The notes below the pieces were generated by a model that was not told where the DNA came from, did not search any database, and saw only the letters and a list, made by a program, of their open reading frames with translations. A stretch of 64,000 bases of DNA, from the IMG/VR virus record IMGVR_UViG_2627853864_000004, one strand, 5' to 3'. Below are positions 17,944 to 26,828 of the stretch, in pieces. Position 1 is the stretch's first letter, and the number at the start of each line of letters is the position of its first letter. A program made the translations under genes and the position numbers. The stretch is from an uncultured virus (IMG/VR IMGVR_UViG_2627853864_000004) (taxonomy: Duplodnaviria > Heunggongvirae > Uroviricota > Caudoviricetes).

Positions 17944-18450
17944 CTAAGGACACAGGACAGTAATGGCAAAAGACCGCAAGACCGCACCAGTCGACCCATC
18001 CGATTCGATTGCCGCAGCGCTGCCCCGCACGGTAAATGCATCGTTGCTGCGGCTCGCCACAGCGCCAGATCCGGCCACGTCGGAGGCATACCGCAACGTG
18101 AGACCGTCCACGGCGCCCAGGTCAACTTGCTCGACGATCGGCTCGTGTGCGTCGGTGACGATGGCGGTGATCTTGGATTCACCAGTGCCGATGACGATGC
18201 GCACTTTTCCGCCAACGGTGCTGCAGGCCACTGCGGATTCGATGTCGAGCGGCACCCCGCCGACCGAGACAGTGGCCGCACTGGGGCCTGGCGCGGCGGT
18301 GCGACTGGTCGTCGATGCAACGTCGCCGGCGACGGGCGCCGGTTCCGCGCCACACCCGGCGACCGCGAGCGAGATGACAGCAGCGGCAGTGATCAACGAA
18401 CCGACCTTCTTGGTGCCGTAACGGCAGCTGCCAGGGGACGAATCGATCAT
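17944..18450 (-). CDS. LpqH (19-kDa antigen) family lipoprotein
   Basis: Lipobox 'VAGC'; 'VACSTVGGKVRIVIG...VDLGAVDGLTLRY...FTVRGSA...SFAITVLCP' mirrors LpqH; true start probably later. Confidence 0.75.
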   Translation of the reverse strand: MIDSSPGSCRYGTKKVGSLITAAAVISLAVAGCGAEPAPVAGDVASTTSRTAAPGPSAATVSVGGVPLDIESAVACSTVGGKVRIVIGTGESKITAIVTDAHEPIVEQVDLGAVDGLTLRYASDVAGSGAVASRSNDAFTVRGSAAAIESDGSTGAVLRSFAITVLCP

Positions 18451-18457
18451 CAGGTCC

Positions 18458-18676
18458 TCAATCTTGACGAGTCGGATCGTTGTTGGCGGACGTTAAACCG
18501 ACCGATACCAGCACCAGACACTTGATGCGGCTCCTCAGTCGGCGATCAGACGGGTACTTGATCACGGCCTCGTCCTGGTCGACATCGACCACCGTTCCCG
18601 GGATTCCGCTCCAGACCTCACGCACGATGTCGCCTCGACCGATCTCAATGTGGTCGCGAATCTGGCATTCCGACAT
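18458..18676 (-). CDS. Hypothetical protein, SH3-like
   Basis: 'GDIVRE...GTVVDV'. Confidence 0.5.
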   Translation of the reverse strand: MSECQIRDHIEIGRGDIVREVWSGIPGTVVDVDQDEAVIKYPSDRRLRSRIKCLVLVSVGLTSANNDPTRQD

Positions 18677-18681
18677 TCTGG

Positions 18682-18963
18682 TCAGTCTCCCGCCAGCTCG
18701 GGGAACAGACGAGCCGCCGCTTCGTCCGCGGCCAGTTGTGCGGTTTCGAGGCCGTCGTCGCCGTCCGAGCTCCCCTGTTCGATGACGCGCCCGCAGGATC
18801 CGTCCTCTACTGACCAGTTGTACGTGTAGGGCTGCGTGCGGCCGCCGTCAAGATCTGGGTCCGGCAGATCGAAAGCGACGTAGGCCATGATCCGATCGCC
18901 GCCGACTTCGCGTCGGTAGCAGGCCCGGCCGCCCCAGGTATCACCGCGAACCCAGCCGCTCAT
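18682..18963 (-). CDS. Hypothetical protein
   Basis: ATGA overlap with upstream ORF. Confidence 0.6.
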   Translation of the reverse strand: MSGWVRGDTWGGRACYRREVGGDRIMAYVAFDLPDPDLDGGRTQPYTYNWSVEDGSCGRVIEQGSSDGDDGLETAQLAADEAAARLFPELAGD

Positions 18964-19235
18964 CGCCGTGCCGTCCACTGCAGCGGCGCGGTCGGGATGG
19001 CGATGCCGGTCGCGAGAACCGTGACGCCGCTTCGAATTTCCCACTCCCCGGCGCTACGCGACTGCACCAGCCGCGCGCCCTGCGCTGCGGGGTAATCGGC
19101 GAGTTCGGCGTTGACGCGCCGCACGTCGTCGTCGGTGAGCTCAGCTGTGCGGGTGATGGTGAACGTGACCTGACCTGCGCCGATCGGCTCATCGACGGTC
19201 AAGGCGACGTTTCCCCGATGGTAGGTGTTGATCAC
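18960..19235 (-). CDS. Hypothetical protein
   Basis: RBS GGGGGA; GC3 bias. Confidence 0.6.
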   Translation of the reverse strand: MINTYHRGNVALTVDEPIGAGQVTFTITRTAELTDDDVRRVNAELADYPAAQGARLVQSRSAGEWEIRSGVTVLATGIAIPTAPLQWTARR

Positions 19236-19499
19236 GGTCCCCCGTTTCCTTGTGGTCGCTGCGTGAGCTGTCTACCTCCGCTGACGCGTGGGCTGTGTTT
19301 GCGGCGCGATGATGTCAGTGCCGGCGGCACTTTGGTGACAGCCGGGTGGTGCGGGATCCCTCGTCGGTCGCATCGCACCACCCGGCTGGAGTCCGAGCAG
19401 GAGGTACCGGCTACTGAATCGCAGCGAGTCGATAGGGCGCTGAGCCGATGCTCGTCAGAAAGCGGCGTGCGGCAGCCCGCAACGCGGGACGTGCCGAAC

Positions 19500-19955
19500 T
19501 CAGCCATCCCGCCCCCGAACTGCGTCGATAACTGTGCCGAAGATGCTTTTGGGAAACTCGCCGCCAGTGACCTGCCCTGGCCCATAGACACGAACACGGT
19601 TGTCCTCGGGCGCGTCGACATGCAGACTCCCCTCGTTGTCGATTGTCACCTTGGTGTGGCCGTCGGTGAGGACGTGAGCACTGGCGGCGGGGCGCACCTT
19701 GAGTGAGTTGCCCCAAGATGACCGGAATTCGATCGTGACGTGACCGGACTCGACGATGAGCCTCGGAATACCGCTCCACACCACGATCATTAGCTCGTTG
19801 CCGGGTGCGACGTTGATGGGATATTCCGGTGACACGTCTCGTGTCTTGATGTGGTTCCAGTCCACTCTGCGGCGGATACCGGTGACTCGTCGAAGGTTCA
19901 GCGCCGACACGCCTTCTCGGTGTGTGGCCGGCTTACGGCAATCGATCTCGGTCAT
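19500..19955 (-). CDS. Hypothetical protein
   Basis: ATGA overlap; RBS AGGAG. Confidence 0.55.
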   Translation of the reverse strand: MTEIDCRKPATHREGVSALNLRRVTGIRRRVDWNHIKTRDVSPEYPINVAPGNELMIVVWSGIPRLIVESGHVTIEFRSSWGNSLKVRPAASAHVLTDGHTKVTIDNEGSLHVDAPEDNRVRVYGPGQVTGGEFPKSIFGTVIDAVRGRDG

Positions 19956-20335
19956 GGTGCTTTCTCCTGGATTCGGAACTGCTTGAGCTCGGCGCGGAGC
20001 TGGTCAAGGCTGTCGAACGGAGCTCCGGTGTGTTCCGGGGAATGCGCCCACGGACGATCGCGGCAGTAGTCCATGACTGCGCCGATGTCCCAGTCACTTT
20101 TTGGCAGCACGTATTTCTGCATACCGTGCTCCAGCGAATGCTTGTGGAGCTTGATTTCCGGCTGGTCGTAGGTCGAGTGACGATAGGCCTTGATCGCGCC
20201 TTCGCGGGTCACCGAGGTCACGAGACCCACACTGATGGTGGTTCGGTCGTAGGACGGTTGACCGATCATGGCCACCCGCTCATTGCGCACGAACACGATT
20301 CCGTCACCGCGTTTGAAGCTCGTCATAGGGAGCAC
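19952..20335 (-). CDS. Hypothetical protein
   Basis: Operonic; plausible composition. Confidence 0.6.
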   Translation of the reverse strand: MLPMTSFKRGDGIVFVRNERVAMIGQPSYDRTTISVGLVTSVTREGAIKAYRHSTYDQPEIKLHKHSLEHGMQKYVLPKSDWDIGAVMDYCRDRPWAHSPEHTGAPFDSLDQLRAELKQFRIQEKAP

Positions 20336-20408
20336 ATCCGACTCTCATGCCGTCGCGGGATCTCGAACGCGAGGCCGGAAAACGCCTGCCCTACATGGTC
20401 TCCGTACA

Positions 20409-21116
20409 TCAGAGTTCCCCAATCCAGTTGGGGCGATGCCACTGTGGGTGTTCGCTGGTGACGTCGCGAAGATTGACCGGCATGATGACACCGATGAAGG
20501 CGTCTCCGATCGTGACCAGGATGCTCTTCTGCGACTTGCCATGGACGCCGTCGCGCGTCACCAGGACCATCGGGGAGTCCTCGACGACGACCGCGAACTT
20601 GGCGATCTGCTTGGGGTTGAGGCCAGTCACCGCGCGCGGCACACCTTCGGTTGACTCGGGGAAGAGGGCTTGCCAACGCGGGAAATAGACGTCAGTGTCC
20701 TTGACGGTCAGCGTCTCCCCGGAACTGAACACGAACTCGGCATAGTTGCCGGCCGGATTCACCGATACAGTCCGCGTCCAGCGGTCACTTTTGAGCGTAC
20801 GGCTCAGCCGTATCAGTTCTTTGGCGTCGTCGAGCGAAACATTGAGCCCGAACACCGGACCCGGCTGGTTGTCGAACTGCGATGGCGACGGGATGTCACA
20901 TTCCCCGCTGATCTCAGTAATCCACTTCGCCTTCGAGACGCCCATGGCCTTCCCGTCGGTGGCCACCGAGAGCAGGTTTTCACCGAATGAGGTCAGATGG
21001 ATCTGGTGGTAGCTCTTGGCCCATCCGGTGTATGCGAGCACTTTGTCGTGCTCGGCGAATGCCATCGCCTGCTTGATAATCCGGTACAAGTCGGCAGTGA
21101 ACAGAACGTTGCTCAT
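20409..21116 (-). CDS. DNA polymerase III beta-clamp-like protein (truncated, actinophage-type)
   Basis: 'LSVATDGKAMGVS', 'YFPRWQALFP', C-terminal 'FIGVIMPV'; only ~235 aa. Confidence 0.7.
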   Translation of the reverse strand: MSNVLFTADLYRIIKQAMAFAEHDKVLAYTGWAKSYHQIHLTSFGENLLSVATDGKAMGVSKAKWITEISGECDIPSPSQFDNQPGPVFGLNVSLDDAKELIRLSRTLKSDRWTRTVSVNPAGNYAEFVFSSGETLTVKDTDVYFPRWQALFPESTEGVPRAVTGLNPKQIAKFAVVVEDSPMVLVTRDGVHGKSQKSILVTIGDAFIGVIMPVNLRDVTSEHPQWHRPNWIGEL

Positions 21117-21181
21117 GCTCGTACCCCTTTTCAACAGTTGACATCACGGGTCGATGGCGTTGAGCTCCCGCCGTCAGCCCA

Positions 21182-21198
21182 CTCTCTATTTTAGAGAT
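21182..21198 (-). promoter_or_regulatory. Palindrome copy 3
   Basis: CTCTCTATTTTAGAGAT; - strand TAGACA-16 bp-TAAAAT upstream of the clamp operon. Confidence 0.75.
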
Positions 21199-21504
21199 TA
21201 GCACACCGCTGTCTATGCCGTGATCACCGGACGCACCTCATCCCCGCGCCGAGGGGCTGCGCGTGGACGGTGCCATGAACTACAACGGATTCCAGTCGTG
21301 GGCAGATCACATCGACGCCAGCAGCGCGCAACAAGCGTGCGAAAAAGCGGCTGGCTGGTGAGCGCGTGCGGGCGGGAGAAGTTGCACCACGTGAGGGGAT
21401 CCCGCGTACAAAACGACCACTGCGAGGAACCACGGCGGGTCGCAGATGCCGCACCGAGGGACACGACAGCCGGCCGTCTGTTCGGCGCGTTCTACCAAAA
21501 TCAC

Positions 21505-24500
21505 TCATCGCCGCACCTTTTCCAACGTGGACACTAATTCAATTGGCAGTCCGCTTCTCTCAGCGGCATGCTTGACCGAATACCCTTGATCTACAAGTGA
21601 TTTGGCCCAAGCCTCCGCATCGGGTGTCACCGACTTAGCGCGGTCAACTCGCTTGTTTCGCCGTGTGGGCGATTTCTTCGTTCCCGGCTTCTTCGCTGGT
21701 GGCAACGGGGGCGGGGTCAGGTCGCCGTCCAGCGACTCGAACCAGACATGGACGAGTTTGGCCTGGGCGATGGTTACGGGCTTGCCGCTGATCGGCGTGT
21801 TGGCCGTACTGCTGTAACCGAGCGCTGCGGTCAGCTGCTGGCGTGTCCAACCCGCCGCTGCGGCCTGGTTGAGCAGCATCCAGGTGGGCTCCGGGTCGTC
21901 GACCTGCGCGTTGTAGTCACGGATGCCTTGACGTCCCCGGGACCGCTGCACTGTCCGCACCGCGCGGACGTCGTCCGCGGTGAGGTCAAGCAGTATGCGC
22001 CGATGCAATTTGCTGCACCTGGGCTCCGCTGCTCGCCCAACGAGCAGCGACACTAGACCTCGCGAGACACATGCAGCCGCGGCGATCGCACCGATCGTGA
22101 ATGTGGCATCAGATCGGTCCTTGCTTGCCTCCAGCGCAAGCAAGCCTTGGAGGTGTTCACGGACGTCCTGCGCGGACACCCAATCAGCGCGGTACGTCGC
22201 TCGCCGCTCCGATGCGACGCGTCGCATGTAACTGCGGTTCTCGGTGACGCAGACAACGCAGCGGCAACCCTGTTGAAATCCACGGGTGCTGTGGTCGGTG
22301 ACGCCCGGCTTTGGACCGGTGATCATGTCGGTGCCGCCTTGCCCGGGTGAACCCCAGGTCCATCCAGTGAATCGTTCGATAGCGCCATCCTGCGGCCGTA
22401 AGTCTCCGCGCTTGCGCCGAGACCGGGTGGCCGCACACCATTGGTACAGCTCGAAACGCTTGCCTTCGACGTCCTCGACGGTCCCAATCGGCATCCGCGC
22501 CAGTGTGCCGTGCTTGGCGATGTACTGATGGCACGCCATTTCCGCTATCTGCCATCGCGTTTCCGATGGCTTCCACAGGAAGCGCCGTTCTCCTTTGCGG
22601 CCGGTCGGTGTCGATGCCAGTAGGACCGATTCCAGGATCGGTGGCAGTGTCCCGTAGATCTTGCGGCGCCGAACTGTTCCGAGCCAAGCGTCGAGGTCGA
22701 TGTCATCCTCGATGTGCCCCGGTGGGACATCGGCGTGACCTTCCCACGCGGCGAAGGAGCGAAATGCCGCCACGCCGGCTTGATCGACCTCTGACAACGG
22801 ATACCAGTCCCAGCCCGGCATCTGCCGGAGTGCCTCGGCGATCCCGCTGTCCAGCTCGTTGTCCCAGTATCTGCACAGCTGTGTTGCCACCCACAGCCGC
22901 AGTGGGCGGTTCAGTCCGTCGACGTATCCCGTGAAGATCGAATCGCCCGGTGCCGTGTCATCGAGGCTTCCCCGATCAGTGCAAACAGCGCGGAGACGGT
23001 CCAAGGTTCGCTCGTCGGAGGCCTCTTTCGCACCCCATCGCCAGCCGTTGACCGATTCAAGCCTCTTGCGACGGTCTTCGTCGAGCATCCCATCACGGAA
23101 TAGAATGCGCTGCAGCGTGATCCACTGGCCCAACGCTGTGCATTGCGTGGTAATCCGCGCGGCTGACCCTAGCCGATCTGTCTCGTGGCATAGCTGCTGA
23201 AAGTTGCGCTCCCATACCGACGATGTGCGCTGCAGCAGCCGCGTGATTATCGTCCCGGGCTGGCTCCCGGTAACTTCCAACCAGTCCACAACATCGCGAT
23301 CGATGTAGCCGTGGGTACCTGTGCGGCGTGCCCTGTCGATGTCGTGACCGATCCGCGAGTCATGGGCACGCAGCCCTTGCAGAACCCGCCACACGTGGGC
23401 GTAGGAGGACGTGGACAGCTGGTCCTGATCATCAGCGTCGGGGTCGAGAATCAGCGGAATGACGATGGTGCCGTGGGATTTTCCGGGATGCTTACGCAAG
23501 GCTCGACCAATGGCCTGGATGATTCCCACCTGGCTGGTGCGTGGATCGGCGAACACGACGGCGTCGACTGCCGGCACGTCGATGCCCTCACGCAGGCACT
23601 GCGACGAGGCAACCACGGTGATCCCATCCGTCCGTGTATCGGCGAGTCTGGCCAGGATCTTCACGCGCTCTGAGTCGTGCATTGAACCGTCAACGGCGAG
23701 CGCACGGATAGGTGCGCCGTCCACATCGATGAGTGCGCTGACACGTTCAGCGAATGCCCGTGCAGAATCGACTCGATTGTGAAAAGTCAGGATGCGCCGC
23801 ACACCGTACCGGCGCACTACATCGAGCAGCGCGGCCAACGCAGCTCGCTCTCCGGTCGCTTCCCCTGCTGGTTCGGTTGTGGTGGTCACCAAGACGCGGT
23901 AGTCGGCCAACAATCCAGCGCTGACGGCTTCCCCAACATTCAGGGTGTATGCGATCTCCCCGAACAACGCAGTGTCATCCATGGATCTTGCGACCGCACT
24001 CGCTCCGGACAAATCGTCGATGGCCTCAGCGCCGCCACGGCTTTTCAGGACGATGGGCGTTGCCGTTGCGAATACTCGGCGCCGCGCCAGCACACTGCGC
24101 GGATCGAGCACCGGGAGAAATGCAGCGTTGGTGCGGCCGGCAAGGTGGTGAGCCTCGTCAGCGACCACCAGATCCAGGGGTCGTCCGCTGCGCGTCAAGC
24201 CGATCCCGTCAGCGACCACTTGCGAGGAATGGTAAGTGGACACCACGAGAGACATGGACGCACCGGATTTCTCAGCACGTTCAAGGAACCCGGCAACCAC
24301 CTCAGCTCGGGTGGTCACGTTGCCGTCTTGGTCGTGTTGCCCTTCGAACGGGTCGATTCCGTCAACGCCGATTTCCGCGCGCCCGGCATCCGTTGTCGGA
24401 TCTGAACATACGGCCAATACGCGCACGCCAGGTACGACGCGGCGCCACTCGGCGATGGTCTGTGCCACCAACGCAATGCTGGGCGTGAACACCGCGACTG

Positions 24501-24681
24501 TGCGGGCCCCGACTTCGAGCGCGTGCCACGGTCCGATGAGAGTCTTGCCGGTACCGCATGCCATCCGCAGCTGCGCTCGTTCCCCTGCGTCGGCTAGCTC
24601 GTCGAGCGCGGCACGCTGATGCGGACGCGGTTGCGGCACAGCATCACTGATCGGTGAATACCCCTGCAGTAGCGCAGTCAT
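21505..24681 (-). CDS. SF2 DEAH helicase with helicase-associated (HA) repeats and C-terminal Zn-finger/HTH
   Basis: 'ACGTGKT', 'DEAHH', 'TATP', 'EGIDVP', 'QAIGRALR'; Trp-rich HA-like repeats; 'GCRCVVC'. Confidence 0.88.
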   Translation of the reverse strand: MTALLQGYSPISDAVPQPRPHQRAALDELADAGERAQLRMACGTGKTLIGPWHALEVGARTVAVFTPSIALVAQTIAEWRRVVPGVRVLAVCSDPTTDAGRAEIGVDGIDPFEGQHDQDGNVTTRAEVVAGFLERAEKSGASMSLVVSTYHSSQVVADGIGLTRSGRPLDLVVADEAHHLAGRTNAAFLPVLDPRSVLARRRVFATATPIVLKSRGGAEAIDDLSGASAVARSMDDTALFGEIAYTLNVGEAVSAGLLADYRVLVTTTTEPAGEATGERAALAALLDVVRRYGVRRILTFHNRVDSARAFAERVSALIDVDGAPIRALAVDGSMHDSERVKILARLADTRTDGITVVASSQCLREGIDVPAVDAVVFADPRTSQVGIIQAIGRALRKHPGKSHGTIVIPLILDPDADDQDQLSTSSYAHVWRVLQGLRAHDSRIGHDIDRARRTGTHGYIDRDVVDWLEVTGSQPGTIITRLLQRTSSVWERNFQQLCHETDRLGSAARITTQCTALGQWITLQRILFRDGMLDEDRRKRLESVNGWRWGAKEASDERTLDRLRAVCTDRGSLDDTAPGDSIFTGYVDGLNRPLRLWVATQLCRYWDNELDSGIAEALRQMPGWDWYPLSEVDQAGVAAFRSFAAWEGHADVPPGHIEDDIDLDAWLGTVRRRKIYGTLPPILESVLLASTPTGRKGERRFLWKPSETRWQIAEMACHQYIAKHGTLARMPIGTVEDVEGKRFELYQWCAATRSRRKRGDLRPQDGAIERFTGWTWGSPGQGGTDMITGPKPGVTDHSTRGFQQGCRCVVCVTENRSYMRRVASERRATYRADWVSAQDVREHLQGLLALEASKDRSDATFTIGAIAAAACVSRGLVSLLVGRAAEPRCSKLHRRILLDLTADDVRAVRTVQRSRGRQGIRDYNAQVDDPEPTWMLLNQAAAAGWTRQQLTAALGYSSTANTPISGKPVTIAQAKLVHVWFESLDGDLTPPPLPPAKKPGTKKSPTRRNKRVDRAKSVTPDAEAWAKSLVDQGYSVKHAAERSGLPIELVSTLEKVRR

Positions 24682-25580
24682 GCCGCCACCTGCTGCTCGC
24701 CCCGAAGTTTGGCCATCGCCCCTTCAATGAGCCCGCGGACCTTGACGACGGGGAGCCGATACTTGTCTGCGACTTCGGTCACCGACTGCGGCTCTCCCGT
24801 ATCCAGCCCGAACACTTCGGAAATGACTCGCCGCTCGCGATAAGAGAGCCGCTCCATCAACTGCGAAAGCTGCTGGGCAGCACAGTCATGAGCATCATCC
24901 CGGTCGCCACAGTCTCGACCTGCCAGGAGGTCGAGCAGGCTGGAGGCGCCATCGCGACCTCCCTCGCTTAGCGGTGCGTCCAGAGAAACTGCGCGGGACA
25001 TCATGGCGCGCATCTGAGCGATGCCCATTGGGCTGACACCCATCACGGCTGCGAGATCAGCATCGCTAGGCGTCCTACCCAGGTCAGTACCCAGCTGGGA
25101 GGTGACCATGAGCAGTTCCCTGCAACGCTCCTGGTCGCTGGAAGACAGCGCGGCGGGCGTTGCCTTGGCGATCGCTCGCTGTTGATGGAGACGCACCCAA
25201 TGAAGCGCGTACGTGGAGAACTTGAATCCCTGTGTGTAGTCGAATTTTTGAACAGCCCGAATGACGCCGACCATCCCTTCGGCGGTGAGGTCTTCCACTG
25301 TCAGCAACGCACTGGCGCCCCTTACCGCCCGCTTACGCGCCCACCACGCGGAGAGCCGAACATTCGCGGTCACGAAATGCTCGAATGCTGCTCGACCGTC
25401 CGCAGCGACCAATCTCAACTGTGCCGGGGTGTACGGCGAGGCTCCCTTGGCGAGTAGGAACTGTGCGTACAAGCCGGCCTCTATCCGCTTGGCAAGCTCC
25501 ACTTCTTGCTCCGCGGTCAACAACTCGGGCAGATCCTTGGGAAGATCCGTCTGCTTCACTAAATGCATGGCCGTGCTCAC
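24678..25580 (-). CDS. Sigma-70 family RNA polymerase sigma factor (SigA/SigB-like, divergent)
   Basis: Region 1.2 'LLTAEQEVELAKRIEAG'; region 2 'RAVQKFDYTQGFKFSTYA'; region 4 'LSYRERRVI..FGL'. Confidence 0.88.
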   Translation of the reverse strand: MSTAMHLVKQTDLPKDLPELLTAEQEVELAKRIEAGLYAQFLLAKGASPYTPAQLRLVAADGRAAFEHFVTANVRLSAWWARKRAVRGASALLTVEDLTAEGMVGVIRAVQKFDYTQGFKFSTYALHWVRLHQQRAIAKATPAALSSSDQERCRELLMVTSQLGTDLGRTPSDADLAAVMGVSPMGIAQMRAMMSRAVSLDAPLSEGGRDGASSLLDLLAGRDCGDRDDAHDCAAQQLSQLMERLSYRERRVISEVFGLDTGEPQSVTEVADKYRLPVVKVRGLIEGAMAKLRGEQQVAA

Positions 25581-25735
25581 ATCTCCCTGAGACGCGACAC
25601 AATCGCGTGTGGGCCGTAAGTGACGTACCCCTCTCGGACTCCTCCAATGGAGGGATCCTCTACGCGGAGCCGAGCCCCATGCTCGAAGAAGTCTCCCGCC
25701 CGAAGCGGCTCAGCGTGGATCTCGGTAGTCCTCAT
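25577..25735 (-). CDS. Small hypothetical protein (52 aa)
   Basis: ATGA overlap with rIIB stop and GTGA overlap with sigma start. Confidence 0.5.
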   Translation of the reverse strand: MRTTEIHAEPLRAGDFFEHGARLRVEDPSIGGVREGYVTYGPHAIVSRLREM

Positions 25736-26784
25736 AGCGACCACTGATCCGGCATGCACGGCGTCTCCCCCAGCGGCACAACGATCTCATCCTCGTCGCC
25801 ACCCACGTACTCATCGCAGCGCTGATCGCCCTGTTGTTCATCACCTTCGTGGTATTCGTGATCACCATCGGGTTCGTCGTCCAACTCACCGAACGACACC
25901 ACGACGCCGAACGTCGGACGTGGCTTATTCCTCTCTCGGCGGGCGTATTCGTCGGACGCCTCGAAATCAGGCACCGTACGGATATGCTCAATCACCGCGT
26001 CCGAGATCTGCTCACCGTCGTGACGAGCGGCGACCGTCAGGCGACACACCCGCATCTTCTGCGCGTTGTGATCGGCGGGCACCGACACCACATCGGCCGG
26101 GTCCACCAACACCACCAGCATCTGCTCGCTGAAATCGCTGGCATAGCTGTAGGTTCCGACATGCAGGCCCACCGAGCACGCCGAGTGCCTGTCTGGGTTG
26201 ACCAGATCACGGTCCATCCACACCGTCGCACCGACCGGGTACGGAATGTTCCCGGTGATGGTCTCGCTGGTGCCGTCCTGGTGGACCACCGTCACCGCCT
26301 CACGACCGGCGTGCGCCGAGAAGCCATCGTTGCGTACCGACTTGTAGCCGACGATCAGCCCGTCGGTGGTCAGCACGAAGCCTCCGGCCTTGAGCCAGCC
26401 GAACAGCTGTGAGCGCGACGCGGCCGACGGGTTCCGCTCCAGACGGCGAAGGAACGCCCCCAGTGGTGCCATGTCGGCGGTCTCGCGGGCAAGCCGCAGC
26501 GCGGTAGACAGCACTGTCTCGGCCACCGGGTCACCGTGAGTGACCCGATAGGCGTCATCGGCGTCGTCGTCGTTGCCGTCCACTACCGACACCGCCTCGG
26601 CGACGGCTGCTTTCACGGTGACCCGAACCACCTCCACCAGGCTCTTGACAGTGGCGAAGTCCTGGCCGTGGTCATCAACGAGGTAGGTCCGCACGTTCTG
26701 GTAGGCGGGGTCGGCAGAGCCGACCATCACGGTGTCATCGCCTTCGGTGACGATGATGGAGTTGGCGTCGATGAATGCGCGCAT
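25732..26784 (-). CDS. T4 rIIB-like protein
   Basis: 'LTTDGLIVGYKSV', 'ACSVGLHVG..YA', 'VDPADVVSVP.D...KMRVCR'; acidic tail. Confidence 0.85.
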   Translation of the reverse strand: MRAFIDANSIIVTEGDDTVMVGSADPAYQNVRTYLVDDHGQDFATVKSLVEVVRVTVKAAVAEAVSVVDGNDDDADDAYRVTHGDPVAETVLSTALRLARETADMAPLGAFLRRLERNPSAASRSQLFGWLKAGGFVLTTDGLIVGYKSVRNDGFSAHAGREAVTVVHQDGTSETITGNIPYPVGATVWMDRDLVNPDRHSACSVGLHVGTYSYASDFSEQMLVVLVDPADVVSVPADHNAQKMRVCRLTVAARHDGEQISDAVIEHIRTVPDFEASDEYARRERNKPRPTFGVVVSFGELDDEPDGDHEYHEGDEQQGDQRCDEYVGGDEDEIVVPLGETPCMPDQWSL

Positions 26785-26828
26785 GGTGTGTGTTTCCTTG
26801 TCTTTCGAAGCTCGATGGGAGATACCGG

